Of a DNA stretch of 64,000 bases, positions 31,486 through 41,089 are shown piece by piece. Origin of the DNA: an uncultured Chloroflexia bacterium (lineage in GTDB: Bacteria; Chloroflexota; Anaerolineae; CG2-30-64-16); contig CAWEMM010000006.1 of assembly GCA_963810095.1 (NCBI GenBank), positions 1,568,001 to 1,632,000 of the forward strand, in the 5' to 3' direction. The notes under the pieces are model-generated. The model ran no database searches and was not told the DNA's origin. It was given only the letters and a program-made list of their open reading frames with translations. The translations under genes were made by a program, and so were the position numbers. Numbering within the stretch: position 1 is the stretch's first letter; each line of letters starts with the position of its first letter.

Positions 31486-32645
31486 ATGCGCAAGGCTGAT
31501 CTCGGACGCAAACTGCTCCTCGCTGCGACAGCGGCTGGCGTGCTCGGGCTCGCCCTGTTCGCTGCAGGGAGCGGCGGCGCCGGCTTCGCCGGGTCAGCCG
31601 CCGCGCAGGCCGCCGGCGGGGTCGACATTTCGGCCCCGCCGGTGACCGTCGCGCAGTGGTCGACGAGCGGCGGCGACCGGGCCGAGCCCGTGACCGGCAC
31701 GGTGACGCTCGACGGGCTGCCGGTTTCCGGCGCAGTCGTCGTCGGTCGGGGGGTTCCGGCTGGCTCAGCCGACGGACCCGCAGGGGCGTTTTGTCTTCCC
31801 GGTCGACCGCAACGTCGTCGCAGCGGTATCCTGTGAAGGTGGTGGACGCGGGCGCCGCGACGGCGGGCGGGAAGGCGCTGTCCGAAGAGCAGCGGGCTGC
31901 CCTGCTGGCTGGCCGAGGGCGGCATCGACGTCTAGTACCAGGTGCGCGACGTGTCGACGGCGCTGCGTCCCGACGGAACGGTGGCGGTGAGCGGGACGCT
32001 CTCGTTCGCGGAACGGCGAGCCGCCGCCGCCGGTCGGGTTGTATGCCTTCCGCCTCGCAGGCACCGTGCGCGACGCTGCGGGCAAGCCGGTCGCAGGGTG
32101 TGCTGGTGACGACGAAGGTGGAGGACCGCTGGACGGTATCGAATCCGACCGATGCGAACGGCCGCTACACGTCCGATGTTCTGGCCGACCGCCGAGGACG
32201 GCCGAGATGCGAGTGGCGGTGTACGAAGGTGACCGCGCGTTACCGGGTGCAGGGCGGCCGGAAAGTGACGTTCGCGCCGCTCAAAGAGCGCGCAGGATGG
32301 ACCTGACGCTGGATCGTGCGGCGGGCGTCATCGCTGCGCACCGCAGCCGCAGCCGGTCGACGGCATCGGTCTACGACGGGCTGCTGGTTGGGGTGATGCA
32401 AGACGGCAAGCCGGTGCGGCCCGCTCGCCGCAACCTGGCCTGACGAAAAGGGCCGCTTTACGATGGTGCTGCCCGCGTCGCTGGCCGGCCAACGGGTGGC
32501 ATGGTGGGAGCGCAGGGCTTCTACTTTGCCAACGGGACCCGGACAACCGGGGACACCGATCGACCTGGCCGAATGGCCGGCGGAACGCTGGGGGCGCGGG
32601 TGGCCCAAGGGTTCGGATCGGTCGACGCTGCCGGCCAAACGCTGA
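31486..32645 (+). CDS. Secreted protein with carboxypeptidase-regulatory-like beta-sandwich repeats (many indels)
   Basis: Signal peptide MRKADLGRKLLLAATAAGVLGLALFAAG; repeats VTGTVTLDGLPVSGAVV, LAGTVRDAAGKPVAG, TDANGRY, PDEKGRF in different frames. Confidence 0.55.
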
Positions 32646-32649
32646 GCGA

Positions 32650-32682
32650 GAGGGCGGAGGAAGCGCATCTCCGCCCTTTTTT
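32650..32682 (+). terminator. Intrinsic terminator
   Basis: AGGGCGGAG..CTCCGCCCT followed by TTTTT. Confidence 0.7.
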
Positions 32683-32850
32683 CATGCATTTTTCATAAGT
32701 CGACGGGCCATTTCTATGCGTTTTTCGCGCTCGCCGTGGGAAGATGACGTAGATGCTAATCAGTAACAGATCGCCGGGCCGTAGGGCGTCGGTGGCACGC
32801 AAGGCCAAGACCGACGGCGCCGGTACGGAGTAGGTGAGAGGAGCTTTCCC

Positions 32851-33410
32851 ATGGCGAGCGAAGATGATGAGAAGCAGGACATTCGACAACGGACGGCCGG
32901 GCGATCGAGTTCACCCTGCCGGACGCGGCCAGCACGGCCGCCTCGGCGATCGAGGCGGCTTTCGAGTACGCCGCGCGCAAGATGCACGTCGAAGACGTCG
33001 AGACGGTGCCGAGCATGCTCCGGGCCGGCCGCGGCCGACGCCCGCGGCTACTTCGAGTATGCGCTGGCACGGGAGCTGGCCGAGCACATCGGAGCGCTGG
33101 ACGGCGAGGTCCAGGGCGTGTACCTGTACAACCCCGAAGCCACGGCCGACGACGATCGTGTTCGCCGAGTTCCCCGCGACCCTGATCCACCTGGTGGTGT
33201 GGGCCCGCCGCAAGACCGAGCGCCCTGACCGCCCTGCTCGACGGGCTGGACCGGGCGGTCACGGCCGAGTTCGCCAGCCGGATCGGCAACAAGCAGACGA
33301 GCCTGCTGGACTTCCAGGTGGTGGACGATGCCGAGGTCAACTCCCGCATGGGGTTCGGCGCCATGCTGGCCTGGGTGCACAACCGGCCGTTGATGGTGTG
33401 GAAGCGCTAA
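32851..33410 (+). CDS. Conserved-looking hypothetical protein, possible degenerate nucleotidyltransferase fold (indels)
   Basis: Reconstructed YFEYALARELAEHIGALDGEVQGVYLY..IHLVVWA..LLDGLDRA..LLDFQVVDDAEV..GFGAML..NRPLMVWKR*; RBS GAGG. Confidence 0.5.
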
Positions 33411-33571
33411 TTCGCTGCCTGAGATGATGGCTGTCCGACGGGGCGCGGTGCCGCGGAACGCCTGCGCCCCGTCGTGGATCGTTATATAACTTCCAGCACA
33501 GAAGCTAGGAAGTCGGAGGCATCGATGCAGAACAGTATCCTCATACGGACACGCTGGTCCGGCCCGAAACC

Positions 33572-34850
33572 ATGGTCGTGGCCGAGAAGCCGGCGAAGCA
33601 GGACCTCTGGGACACCGTGCTCGGCTCGCTTGACGACGTCGCAGCGCGGTTGCACCTGGACCCGGGCATCCACGCCATCCTGCGCGAGCCCGAACGCGAG
33701 TTGACGGTAGCCGTTCCGGTCGTCATGGACGACGGCTCGATCAAGGTTTTCAAGGGCTACCGCGTCCAGCACTCCTCGGCTCGTGGGCCGTGCAAGGGCG
33801 GCATCCGCTACCATCCCGACGTCAACCTCAACGAGGTCAAGGGCCTGGCGGCCATGATGACCTGGAAGTGCGCGGTGGTGAACATCCCCTACGGCGGCGG
33901 CAAGGGCGGCATCCAGGTCGACCCGACCGGCATGTCGCAGGGCGAACTGGCGCGCATGACCCGCCGGTTCACGGCGATGATCCTGCCGATCCTCGGCGCC
34001 AAGCGCGACATCCCCGCGCCCGACGTCAACACGAACGCGCAGGTGATGGCGTGGATGGCCGACACGGCCTCGATGATCGAAGGCACGCAGATGCTCGAGA
34101 TCGTCACCGGCAAGCCGCTGAACATGGGCGGCTCGAAGGGCCGCAAGGAAGCGACCGGCCGCGGCGTCGCGATCTGCACCGGCGAACTGCTGCGTCGCGA
34201 GGGCAAGCCGCTGTCGGAGACGACGGTGGCGGTTCAGGGCTACGGCAACGTCGGCTCCTATGCGGCCACGCATCCTGCACGAGATGGGCGCCAAGGTCGT
34301 GGCGGTCAGCGACGTCAGCGGCGGCATCTACAACCCGGATGGGCTGGACCTGCCGGCCGTCGACAGCGCGGTGAACGCGCACCCGCGCCGCCTGCTCGAA
34401 GGCTACACGGCGCGCGACGTCGAGCGCATCAACAACGAAGAACTGCTCGAGACGAAGGTCGACGTGCTGATCCCCGCGGCGCTGGAGCACCAGATCCGCG
34501 GCGACAACGCGGACAAGCTCCATGCCCGCTACATCGTCGAAGGCGCGAACGGTCCCACGACGCGCGAGGCCGACGAAATCCTGCACGAGAAGGGCGTGAT
34601 CGTCGTGCCCGACATCCTCGCCAATGCCGGCGGCGTGGCTGTCAGCTACCTCGAATGGGTGCAGAATCTGCAGAACTTCTACTGGGAAGAGGACGAGATC
34701 AACCAGCGGCTGACGAGCATCATGAAGCAGAGCTTCGCCGGCGTATGGGATTATGCGCAGGCGCAGGACGTCCCGATGCGGCTGGGCGCGCTGATGCTGG
34801 CCGTCGACAAGGTGGCCGAGGCCGTGCAGCAGCGGGGCATTTGGCCCTGA
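33572..34850 (+). CDS. gdhA: Glutamate dehydrogenase, copy 2 (frameshift ~34268)
   Basis: GPCKGGIRYHP, MTWK, GGGKGG, DIPAPD, GYGNVG, EGANGP, NAGGVAVSYLEW. Confidence 0.88.
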
Positions 34851-35020
34851 GCCGGCGTGTAGGCACGGGCAGGAGGGCGAAGTGGCCCGGCTTGTGCCAA
34901 TGACACACTACGTGGTTCCCGGTTGAGGTGACCAGGCTTGCCGACAAAGCAAAACGTGACGCCGCCAGCGTTGCACAGGAAGTGAGCAGGGCGCACGCAA
35001 ACCGTTGACCTGATAGAAGT

Positions 35021-35062
35021 TCATGAGGGGGATGCCGCAGCGATGCGACGTCCCCCTCATGA
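35021..35062. terminator. Hairpin at the junction of convergent units
   Basis: TCATGAGGGGGA...TCCCCCTCATGA overlapping the stop of the C25-like gene. Confidence 0.55.
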
Positions 35063-36499
35063 TTTTGCCCGGGTGCTTGCGGGGCCACAGGACAGCCGCA
35101 CGGCGGGATCTCCGAGTACCACGTAGTTTCGGGCATCCCTGTTCTCAGCCCACATGCCGGCGATGGCCCGGCTGTCGTAGGCTTTTCCGGCGGCAATGTC
35201 ATCGAGGTCCTCGGTCAGCAGGGTCGACAGCTCGGCATAGCGCTCATTGAAGTATTCCGTGGCCATCCCGACGGGGAGCCCGGCCGCGAGCAGCATGAGC
35301 GCGCTCTCGAAGGTCGCCAGCTGTGGTCCGGCGTTCGCCTCAAAGAACGAACTGCCCCACGCCCGGTCGATATGTCCAATGACTGCGAGTGCGCCGCCTT
35401 TCGGGTGGCCAAGCACCCGCTGCGCCAGCTTTGACACGAAATCCGTGTCTGCCAGCGCCGCGGCCGGGCGCGTCCTGTCCCGTACAAAGTCGTCGAACTG
35501 CGGCGTTCCGGCGCTGAAGCATCCGAAGTGGAAGAAGATCCGGCCGGCGAGTTGGGCGTCATCTCCCACGTTGCCGGCCGAAAAGTACTGCTCGGGGGGC
35601 ACCGGCCCGCGCCACTCGTTCGGTCCGGGCCAGTCGGCACACAGCAGCGCACCTTGATGCACCGCCTGCCGGGCGTCGCCCCGGGGAAAACACATGCCGT
35701 GGCTCGCACTGAACAGCAGACTCGGGCCGTGTGGATCATGGAGCAAGGACGCCAGCCGGTTGCACGTTGCGTCCCGGCCCGTGACCAGATCGACTGTCCA
35801 CTTTGCGCCCTGGGACTGGTTGAGCTTTTCGGCCAGGGGCCGCATCAGCAGGTCAGTGCTCTGCCGGGTGGCCCGGTCGTCGTCGTTTTGCACCGCGAAG
35901 AAGGTGGCGCGAGGCGGCGCAGTCCTTTCGGCGGTTGCGGCTGCTGCCGCGCTGCCGGCATAGCTGCCGTACTCGGTCGGCGTCTCGAAGTGCAGGCGGC
36001 CTACGGCATATTGCACGTCGAGCTGGTACTGGAATCTGAAGGGGATCTGGCCCGGGTCGCCGACCAGCAGCAGGTAATAGGGCACCTTTTCCGGGTCGGC
36101 GGGCCCAGTCCCCTTGCCCCAGCGGGCCAGAAACCGGCGACTGTCTTCGCCGGGGCGCAGGCCGTCGTCGCCGAAATACTCCCGATAGTGTTCGCCGGCC
36201 TGCCGCTGGCGCATGTCGAGCAGCGGGCGCAGGGCTTCCCGTTTCTCGGCCGCGTTCGGGTCCGCCTGGCTGAAGATGACGCCCCAGCCGGCCTCGGCCA
36301 GGTTGCCGGCGTTTACTCCCGCCTTAACGCCGAGGTGGGTCTCCGTGCGCGCGGCGTAACGTTTCTGCAGCTCGGTCAGGTTAGCTGCAGGCGCCTCGCC
36401 CAGGACGATCCGGGCGAGGTCGCCATCTGCCATCGGCGGCAACGCGTATGTGCCCGTCGAGCCGTCGATCCCGTTGAAGTACAGGAGCTCGTCCGCCAT
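35057..36499 (-). CDS. C25/gingipain-like (clan CD) cysteine peptidase
   Basis: Start MADELLYFNG; YLLLVGDP..IPF, VGRLHF, LFSASHG (His), FGCFSAG (Cys), GGALAVIGH, NYVVLGDPAVRL; no signal peptide. Confidence 0.7.
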   Translation of the reverse strand: MADELLYFNGIDGSTGTYALPPMADGDLARIVLGEAPAANLTELQKRYAARTETHLGVKAGVNAGNLAEAGWGVIFSQADPNAAEKREALRPLLDMRQRQAGEHYREYFGDDGLRPGEDSRRFLARWGKGTGPADPEKVPYYLLLVGDPGQIPFRFQYQLDVQYAVGRLHFETPTEYGSYAGSAAAAATAERTAPPRATFFAVQNDDDRATRQSTDLLMRPLAEKLNQSQGAKWTVDLVTGRDATCNRLASLLHDPHGPSLLFSASHGMCFPRGDARQAVHQGALLCADWPGPNEWRGPVPPEQYFSAGNVGDDAQLAGRIFFHFGCFSAGTPQFDDFVRDRTRPAAALADTDFVSKLAQRVLGHPKGGALAVIGHIDRAWGSSFFEANAGPQLATFESALMLLAAGLPVGMATEYFNERYAELSTLLTEDLDDIAAGKAYDSRAIAGMWAENRDARNYVVLGDPAVRLSCGPASTRAKS

Positions 36500-36500
36500 T

Positions 36501-37343
36501 TCAGCCGCAGCTTGCCGCACGGCGTCGGGCGGCGGCGGTGGCGGCGGCGGATTCTGCCCGCCGCCGCTGCGCGCCGCTGCTGCTCTGACACGAGCCCCCG
36601 ATGTCTTTGCGGTCGCTCTTCGGCGAAATCCAGCCCGCGAACGCGCCGTTCTTCCGTACGGCGATCTGCACGACCCAATAACTGTCGCATGCCGGCTGGA
36701 TTTGCCGGTTGAAGAACCAGGCGCCGTCGGCCTGGCGCACCTGGTCGGCGTTGGCGGCAATGACGTCATACGGGTCCTGCGCGGTGGTCTTGTAGAACTG
36801 GATGTCGAAATACCAGTCCTGCTTGCCCACCTGCGGCTGGCCGTTCCACTGCCACGAGAACGCATTACCATCGTAGCCGACGAGGCGCGGCGCGGGTACG
36901 GGCCCTTTTTGGGCGCTGCCGCTGGCCGCCGGCCTGGCCGTTGCTTTCGGCGCAGCGGCTTTCTTTGGCGTTGGCGTCGTCGTGGCGGCGACCGCCGCGG
37001 CCTTCTTTGGTGTCGACGTCGCCCGGGGAGCGGCCGCCGCTTTCTTGGTCGCGGTCGCAGCCGGCCGTGTCTCGGCCTGGGCGGCTTCACGCGTCGGCGT
37101 GGCCGCGCTCTGGGCGCCCGTGCTGCTCCCTGGCTCCGGTGTGGCCGCCAGTCCCGCTTGCGTTGCTTGCGCCGCCTGCACAGCCACGGCCGTGGGCACG
37201 CCGGTCGGTGGCTCGTTGCTGATCACCTTCGGTTCACTCGTGACCGCCGGCCCGGAAGCTGACGCCGGGCCCGGTCCCGAACTGCACACGCCGAGCAAGA
37301 GCCCCAGAGCCGCCAGGATCAGGATGGTTGTTCGCTTGTTCAC
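36501..37343 (-). CDS. Exported/lipoprotein-like protein with Thr/Ala/Pro-rich stalk and small Trp/Cys-rich C-terminal domain
   Basis: GTG start MNKRTTILILAALGLLLGVC; low-complexity ATPT/KKAA region; FSWQWNG..WYFDIQF..CDSYWVVQIA; overlaps the STAND gene stop. Confidence 0.6.
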   Translation of the reverse strand: MNKRTTILILAALGLLLGVCSSGPGPASASGPAVTSEPKVISNEPPTGVPTAVAVQAAQATQAGLAATPEPGSSTGAQSAATPTREAAQAETRPAATATKKAAAAPRATSTPKKAAAVAATTTPTPKKAAAPKATARPAASGSAQKGPVPAPRLVGYDGNAFSWQWNGQPQVGKQDWYFDIQFYKTTAQDPYDVIAANADQVRQADGAWFFNRQIQPACDSYWVVQIAVRKNGAFAGWISPKSDRKDIGGSCQSSSGAQRRRAESAAATAAARRRAASCG

Positions 37344-40300
37344 TGCGATCCTCCGCCACAGGTTGTTTGTGGTGTCGTACCCTGTTCGTCCCGGCTCGCT
37401 CCTGTCTGCGATGTGCCTGCCTTGCTTCCCAGCCGGTATTGCACACATTCTTCCGCGGTGAGCCCGCACGTGACGCGGGCCAGCGCCAGCCGCTTGAGCT
37501 CGTTCACATCCAACGCATAGAAACGCAACGTTCCGTCTTCACCGGTGCTGACCAGTTGTGTCCCGTCGCCTCCGAAAGCTGCGCCAAAGACGCGGGCCGT
37601 GTGCCCGACGAAGGTCAGCAGCGCGCGGGCGCCGGCCACGTCCCACACCTTGACCGTCCGGTCCCAGCTGGCCGACGCCAGCTGCTTACCATCCGGGCTA
37701 AAGGCAACATCAGTCACCCGGTCCCGGTGCCCCGGCAGAGTTTTCAGTTCTTTGCCGGTCGCCACGTCCCATAGCTTGAGCGTCTGATCGATCCCCACGG
37801 TCGCGACCTGGCGGCCGTCGGGGCTGAAAGCCGCATAGTAGACCTCGCCGGTGTGGCCCTGCAGGGTGTGCAGCAGCCGCCCGGTCGCTGCATCCCAGAT
37901 TCTGGCCGTCTGGTCGGCCGCGGACGTTACGACGAGGCTGCCGTCGGGGCTGAACGCGATGTTGTTAATGCGCCGCTCGTGCCCATTGAGCGTTACTGGG
38001 GGCCCATCCCCGCCTACGTCCAGCACCGCGGCGCTGGCAGAATCGGCAACCGCCAGGCGCACCGGGCAAGCCGCGGACTGCCCACCCGCACAGCCGGCGT
38101 GAAGGGCGACCCCCGTCACAGGGACGTCGTCGGTGAAAGTCGCTCCGACCTGCTGGCCGGTGGTCAGATCCCAGACCCTGGCCGTCCGGTCGTCGCTGCC
38201 CGTCGCCAGCAGCAGGCCACAACCGGCAGAACCCGTTGGGCCGGCACTCGAGTCGTCCCTGCAACTCGAGGCCAGTGCTACCGAGCGAACCCGCAGCTCG
38301 TGCGCCTTCAGGTTGGCGACCAGCCGCCCCGTTTCGGTATCCCAAACCCGAGCGCGGCCGTCCTCGCCGGCGGTCGCCACGAGCTTACCGTCCGGGCTGA
38401 CGGCCAGCGCGTTGACCGGCTGCCCGCCGTGCGGGAGCAGTGTGCGCACTTCTTGAGTCGGCCCAACATTCCATATCTTCGCGACGTTATCCTCCTCCGC
38501 GGTCGCGAGGTGCATGCCGTCGGGGCTAAACGCCACACCCATGAGCCAGCCACGGTTGCCCGCGAGTGTCATTAGCTCGCGGCCAGAACTCACATCCCAG
38601 ATTTTGGCAGTCCGGTCCCAACTCGTCGTGGCGAGGCGCGAACCGTCAGGGCTGAAGGCAATGCCGCGGACCCAGTTCGTGTGGCCGGCCAGCCGCTGCT
38701 CCTCCTGGCCAGATACAGCATCCCAAATGCGGGCAGTCTGGTCCCAGCTCGCCGTAGCCAGCCGCGTGCCGTCGGGGCTGAATGCCACCGCGCTCACCGT
38801 GCTGGCGTGGCCTTTCAACGTGAGCAGCGCCGTGCCGCTGGCGCTGTCCCAGATAATGGCGGTGCCGTCGCGGCTGCCGGTGGCGAGTCGAGAACCGTCC
38901 TGGTTCCACGCCACGCTCCACACCTCGTCGGAGTGCGCAGCCAGCGAGGTCAGCAGGCTGCCGGTCTGGACGTCCCAGATGGCTGCGCGGCCGTCTTGCC
39001 CGCCGGATGCCAGCCGCGTGCCGTCGGGGCTGAACGCCACGCTGAACACGGCCCCTTGATCCGCGGCTGGATCTTGGAGCAGGAGCAGCTGCTGCCCGGT
39101 CGTCGCATCCCACACCCTGACCGTTCCGTCGCCGTAACCGGCCGTCGCGATCTGTGCGCCGTTCGGGCTGTAGTCCACCCCAAAGACCAGCCCCTCATGA
39201 CCCTTGAGCGCGAGCAGCGGCTGGCCGGTAGCTGCGTCCCAGATCTCAGCCGTCCCGTCGGCACTGGCCGTCGCGAGCCGGGAGCCGTCGGGGCTGTAGA
39301 CCACGTCGTGCACCGCGCCCTGGTGGCCGGTCAGCCGGCGCTCGATGCGCGATGCTTCGAGCGAGCGGTGCAGGGCATCTTCCGCTTCCGACGTGTAGTC
39401 GAGGTTCAGGCCGTCGAGCGCAAGGAGCACGCTGGCTTCCGGGTCGCCGTCCAGGTTCGCCAGCGCGGCGGCGGCCAGCTCGCGTGACCGGGAGAGCCCG
39501 GCCTGCCGCCGCGCTTCGCGGGCATTGATGAGCGCCCACGTTGTCAGGCCGATCAGGAGCGCGCCGAGCACGGCAGCGGTCGCGAGCGTGCTGCGGCGCC
39601 GGGCTGCAGCCAACCGGGCCTGGCGCACGCAGGCATCGAAGAACTGCGTTTCGTCTTCGGTCAGGTCCCCCCGATTCATGCGCACAAAGGACTGTGCGGC
39701 CCCCAGCGACTCGCCGCGCAGGAGCTCCCGCTCGGACCGGCCGCCCTTGATCCACGCAGCCGCGGGGCCGGCCAACGGGTTGTGGTAGGTCGTCAGCCAC
39801 TGCGCGTTCGACTGCAGCACGGGTTCGACCAGGCGGTCGTGGGCCAGCTCGTACCAGGTATCACCTCCGCGGACCACGGCCCGAATTACATAGGCGTCGT
39901 TCAGCACGTCGACGGCCGCATTGGGCAAGCCTTCCGTTGCTTTGTCGTCCCGGTAGACCAACCCGCACGTGCGCGCCCCGGTGATCAGGTGCCCTTCAAA
40001 CCAGCTCCGCAACTGGCGTTCGCGCACGCCGGTCTGGCGGACCACCTGCGCCAGTGCCGAGTCGTAGAAACCGGTCAGCGCCTCGTCGACGTCGCCAAAC
40101 TCTTGCACATCTGCGGGGCCGATCTCTTCCTGGCCGTCCTTCAGGCTTCCCCAAAGCTGCCGGCAGACGATTTGCAGGTGAACCGGCTCCACATAATCGC
40201 CTAGGACCTCGCCGCCGAGAGGCCCTGGCGGACTGCTCGTGCGAGCGACCGGCGCGCCTGCGTGCTGGCCGGACTTGCCGGGCTGCGCGCGACGCAGGTT

Positions 40301-41089
40301 GTCGACCAGCGACTCCGCTACGCCCGGGGCGTAGGTGCGCCCGGCGGCCGTAGCCGGCAGGGTGACGGCCTTGAGGGCGCTCTCCCGGTTCAGGCGCTCA
40401 AGCCGGTACCGGGCCCGCAAGCTCTCGGGCAGGATGGGCGCATAGGGCGTGAGCTCGGCGATATAGTCCTCGCGCATGCTGAAGAGCACGTGCAGATCGG
40501 GGTAGGCGTCGAGCAGCGCGGCGACCTGGCGGAAGAAGCCTTCCCGCTGCGTCCAGTGCTCGGGTGAGGTGGTGAACAGCTCTTCGAACTGATCGAAGAC
40601 AAGCAGGGCGTCCGCCGGCGTCTCGACGGCCGGGTCTGCGGGCGGAGCGAGCAGCGGGGTCAGCCCGTCCACGAGCGCCAGCGAGGCGAGCTTCTCGGTC
40701 GGGGTATCCGGTCGTAAGGATAGGAGCGCACTGAGGACGTAGACGTTGGCAGGCGGACGGCCGCGTGCGGGCGTCGAGCCCGGATTGCCAACCGATGCGA
40801 TGGGCAGCACCCGCATCTTCTGATACGTGCGGGGCCGCGGTCCCCGGCCGATTGTCCGGGGTTCGGTCAATTCGGGGATGAGCCCCGCCCGCAGGAGCGA
40901 AGACTTGCCCGCGCCCGACTGGGCAAACAGCAACGAGGCCCGGCGAGCCATCACTAACCCTTCAAGGATGGCCGTTTCCTCGTCGCGGCCGAAGAAGAAC
41001 GCCCGTTCCCCCTGCTCGAAGGCGCGCGGGCCGACGTAGGGGTTGGCGTGCGGCTGGCCGGGGGGCGCGCTTTCAGAAGGACCAGTCAT
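37340..41089 (-). CDS. STAND NTPase (nSTAND1-like) + single TM + 14 WD40 repeats
   Basis: NPYVGPRAF..FFGR, Walker A AQSGAGKSSLLRAG, Walker B LLVFDQFEELF, SMREDY, LQIVC.QLW, ELAHDRL; TM TLATAAVLGALLIGLTTWAL; 14 GH...SPDG...WD units counted. Confidence 0.9.
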   Translation of the reverse strand: MTGPSESAPPGQPHANPYVGPRAFEQGERAFFFGRDEETAILEGLVMARRASLLFAQSGAGKSSLLRAGLIPELTEPRTIGRGPRPRTYQKMRVLPIASVGNPGSTPARGRPPANVYVLSALLSLRPDTPTEKLASLALVDGLTPLLAPPADPAVETPADALLVFDQFEELFTTSPEHWTQREGFFRQVAALLDAYPDLHVLFSMREDYIAELTPYAPILPESLRARYRLERLNRESALKAVTLPATAAGRTYAPGVAESLVDNLRRAQPGKSGQHAGAPVARTSSPPGPLGGEVLGDYVEPVHLQIVCRQLWGSLKDGQEEIGPADVQEFGDVDEALTGFYDSALAQVVRQTGVRERQLRSWFEGHLITGARTCGLVYRDDKATEGLPNAAVDVLNDAYVIRAVVRGGDTWYELAHDRLVEPVLQSNAQWLTTYHNPLAGPAAAWIKGGRSERELLRGESLGAAQSFVRMNRGDLTEDETQFFDACVRQARLAAARRRSTLATAAVLGALLIGLTTWALINAREARRQAGLSRSRELAAAALANLDGDPEASVLLALDGLNLDYTSEAEDALHRSLEASRIERRLTGHQGAVHDVVYSPDGSRLATASADGTAEIWDAATGQPLLALKGHEGLVFGVDYSPNGAQIATAGYGDGTVRVWDATTGQQLLLLQDPAADQGAVFSVAFSPDGTRLASGGQDGRAAIWDVQTGSLLTSLAAHSDEVWSVAWNQDGSRLATGSRDGTAIIWDSASGTALLTLKGHASTVSAVAFSPDGTRLATASWDQTARIWDAVSGQEEQRLAGHTNWVRGIAFSPDGSRLATTSWDRTAKIWDVSSGRELMTLAGNRGWLMGVAFSPDGMHLATAEEDNVAKIWNVGPTQEVRTLLPHGGQPVNALAVSPDGKLVATAGEDGRARVWDTETGRLVANLKAHELRVRSVALASSCRDDSSAGPTGSAGCGLLLATGSDDRTARVWDLTTGQQVGATFTDDVPVTGVALHAGCAGGQSAACPVRLAVADSASAAVLDVGGDGPPVTLNGHERRINNIAFSPDGSLVVTSAADQTARIWDAATGRLLHTLQGHTGEVYYAAFSPDGRQVATVGIDQTLKLWDVATGKELKTLPGHRDRVTDVAFSPDGKQLASASWDRTVKVWDVAGARALLTFVGHTARVFGAAFGGDGTQLVSTGEDGTLRFYALDVNELKRLALARVTCGLTAEECVQYRLGSKAGTSQTGASRDEQGTTPQTTCGGGSQ

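Noticed and set aside
31267-31836. Cupredoxin fused to the downstream secreted protein
   Set aside because: An RBS (GGAGG), an ATG at 31486 with a signal peptide, and an adjacent-frame TGA ending at 31481 indicate two genes joined by an indel.
24790-32730. Shared CATAA/ATGCAT-like motifs upstream of the GT4, PQQ and gdh2 units as a response-regulator box
   Set aside because: The motif is too short and its spacing inconsistent, so it cannot be told from chance in AT-rich promoters without comparative data.
28300-34300. Very high indel density as a hypermutated or decaying island
   Set aside because: Motifs stay intact across frames, which fits a low-coverage read segment better. It does lower confidence in gene boundaries here.
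35057-37090. 677-aa ORF as one protein
   Set aside because: The first ~197 codons overlap the lipoprotein gene in another frame and read as Arg/Pro noise; the real start is likely 36499. A lipoprotein-protease fusion cannot be fully excluded given the indels.
37480-39330. Recurring GCCGTCGGGGCTGAA-like DNA repeats as a CRISPR array or DGR
   Set aside because: They are the SPDG codons of WD40 blades within one ORF; there are no identical repeats with unique spacers, no cas genes and no reverse transcriptase.
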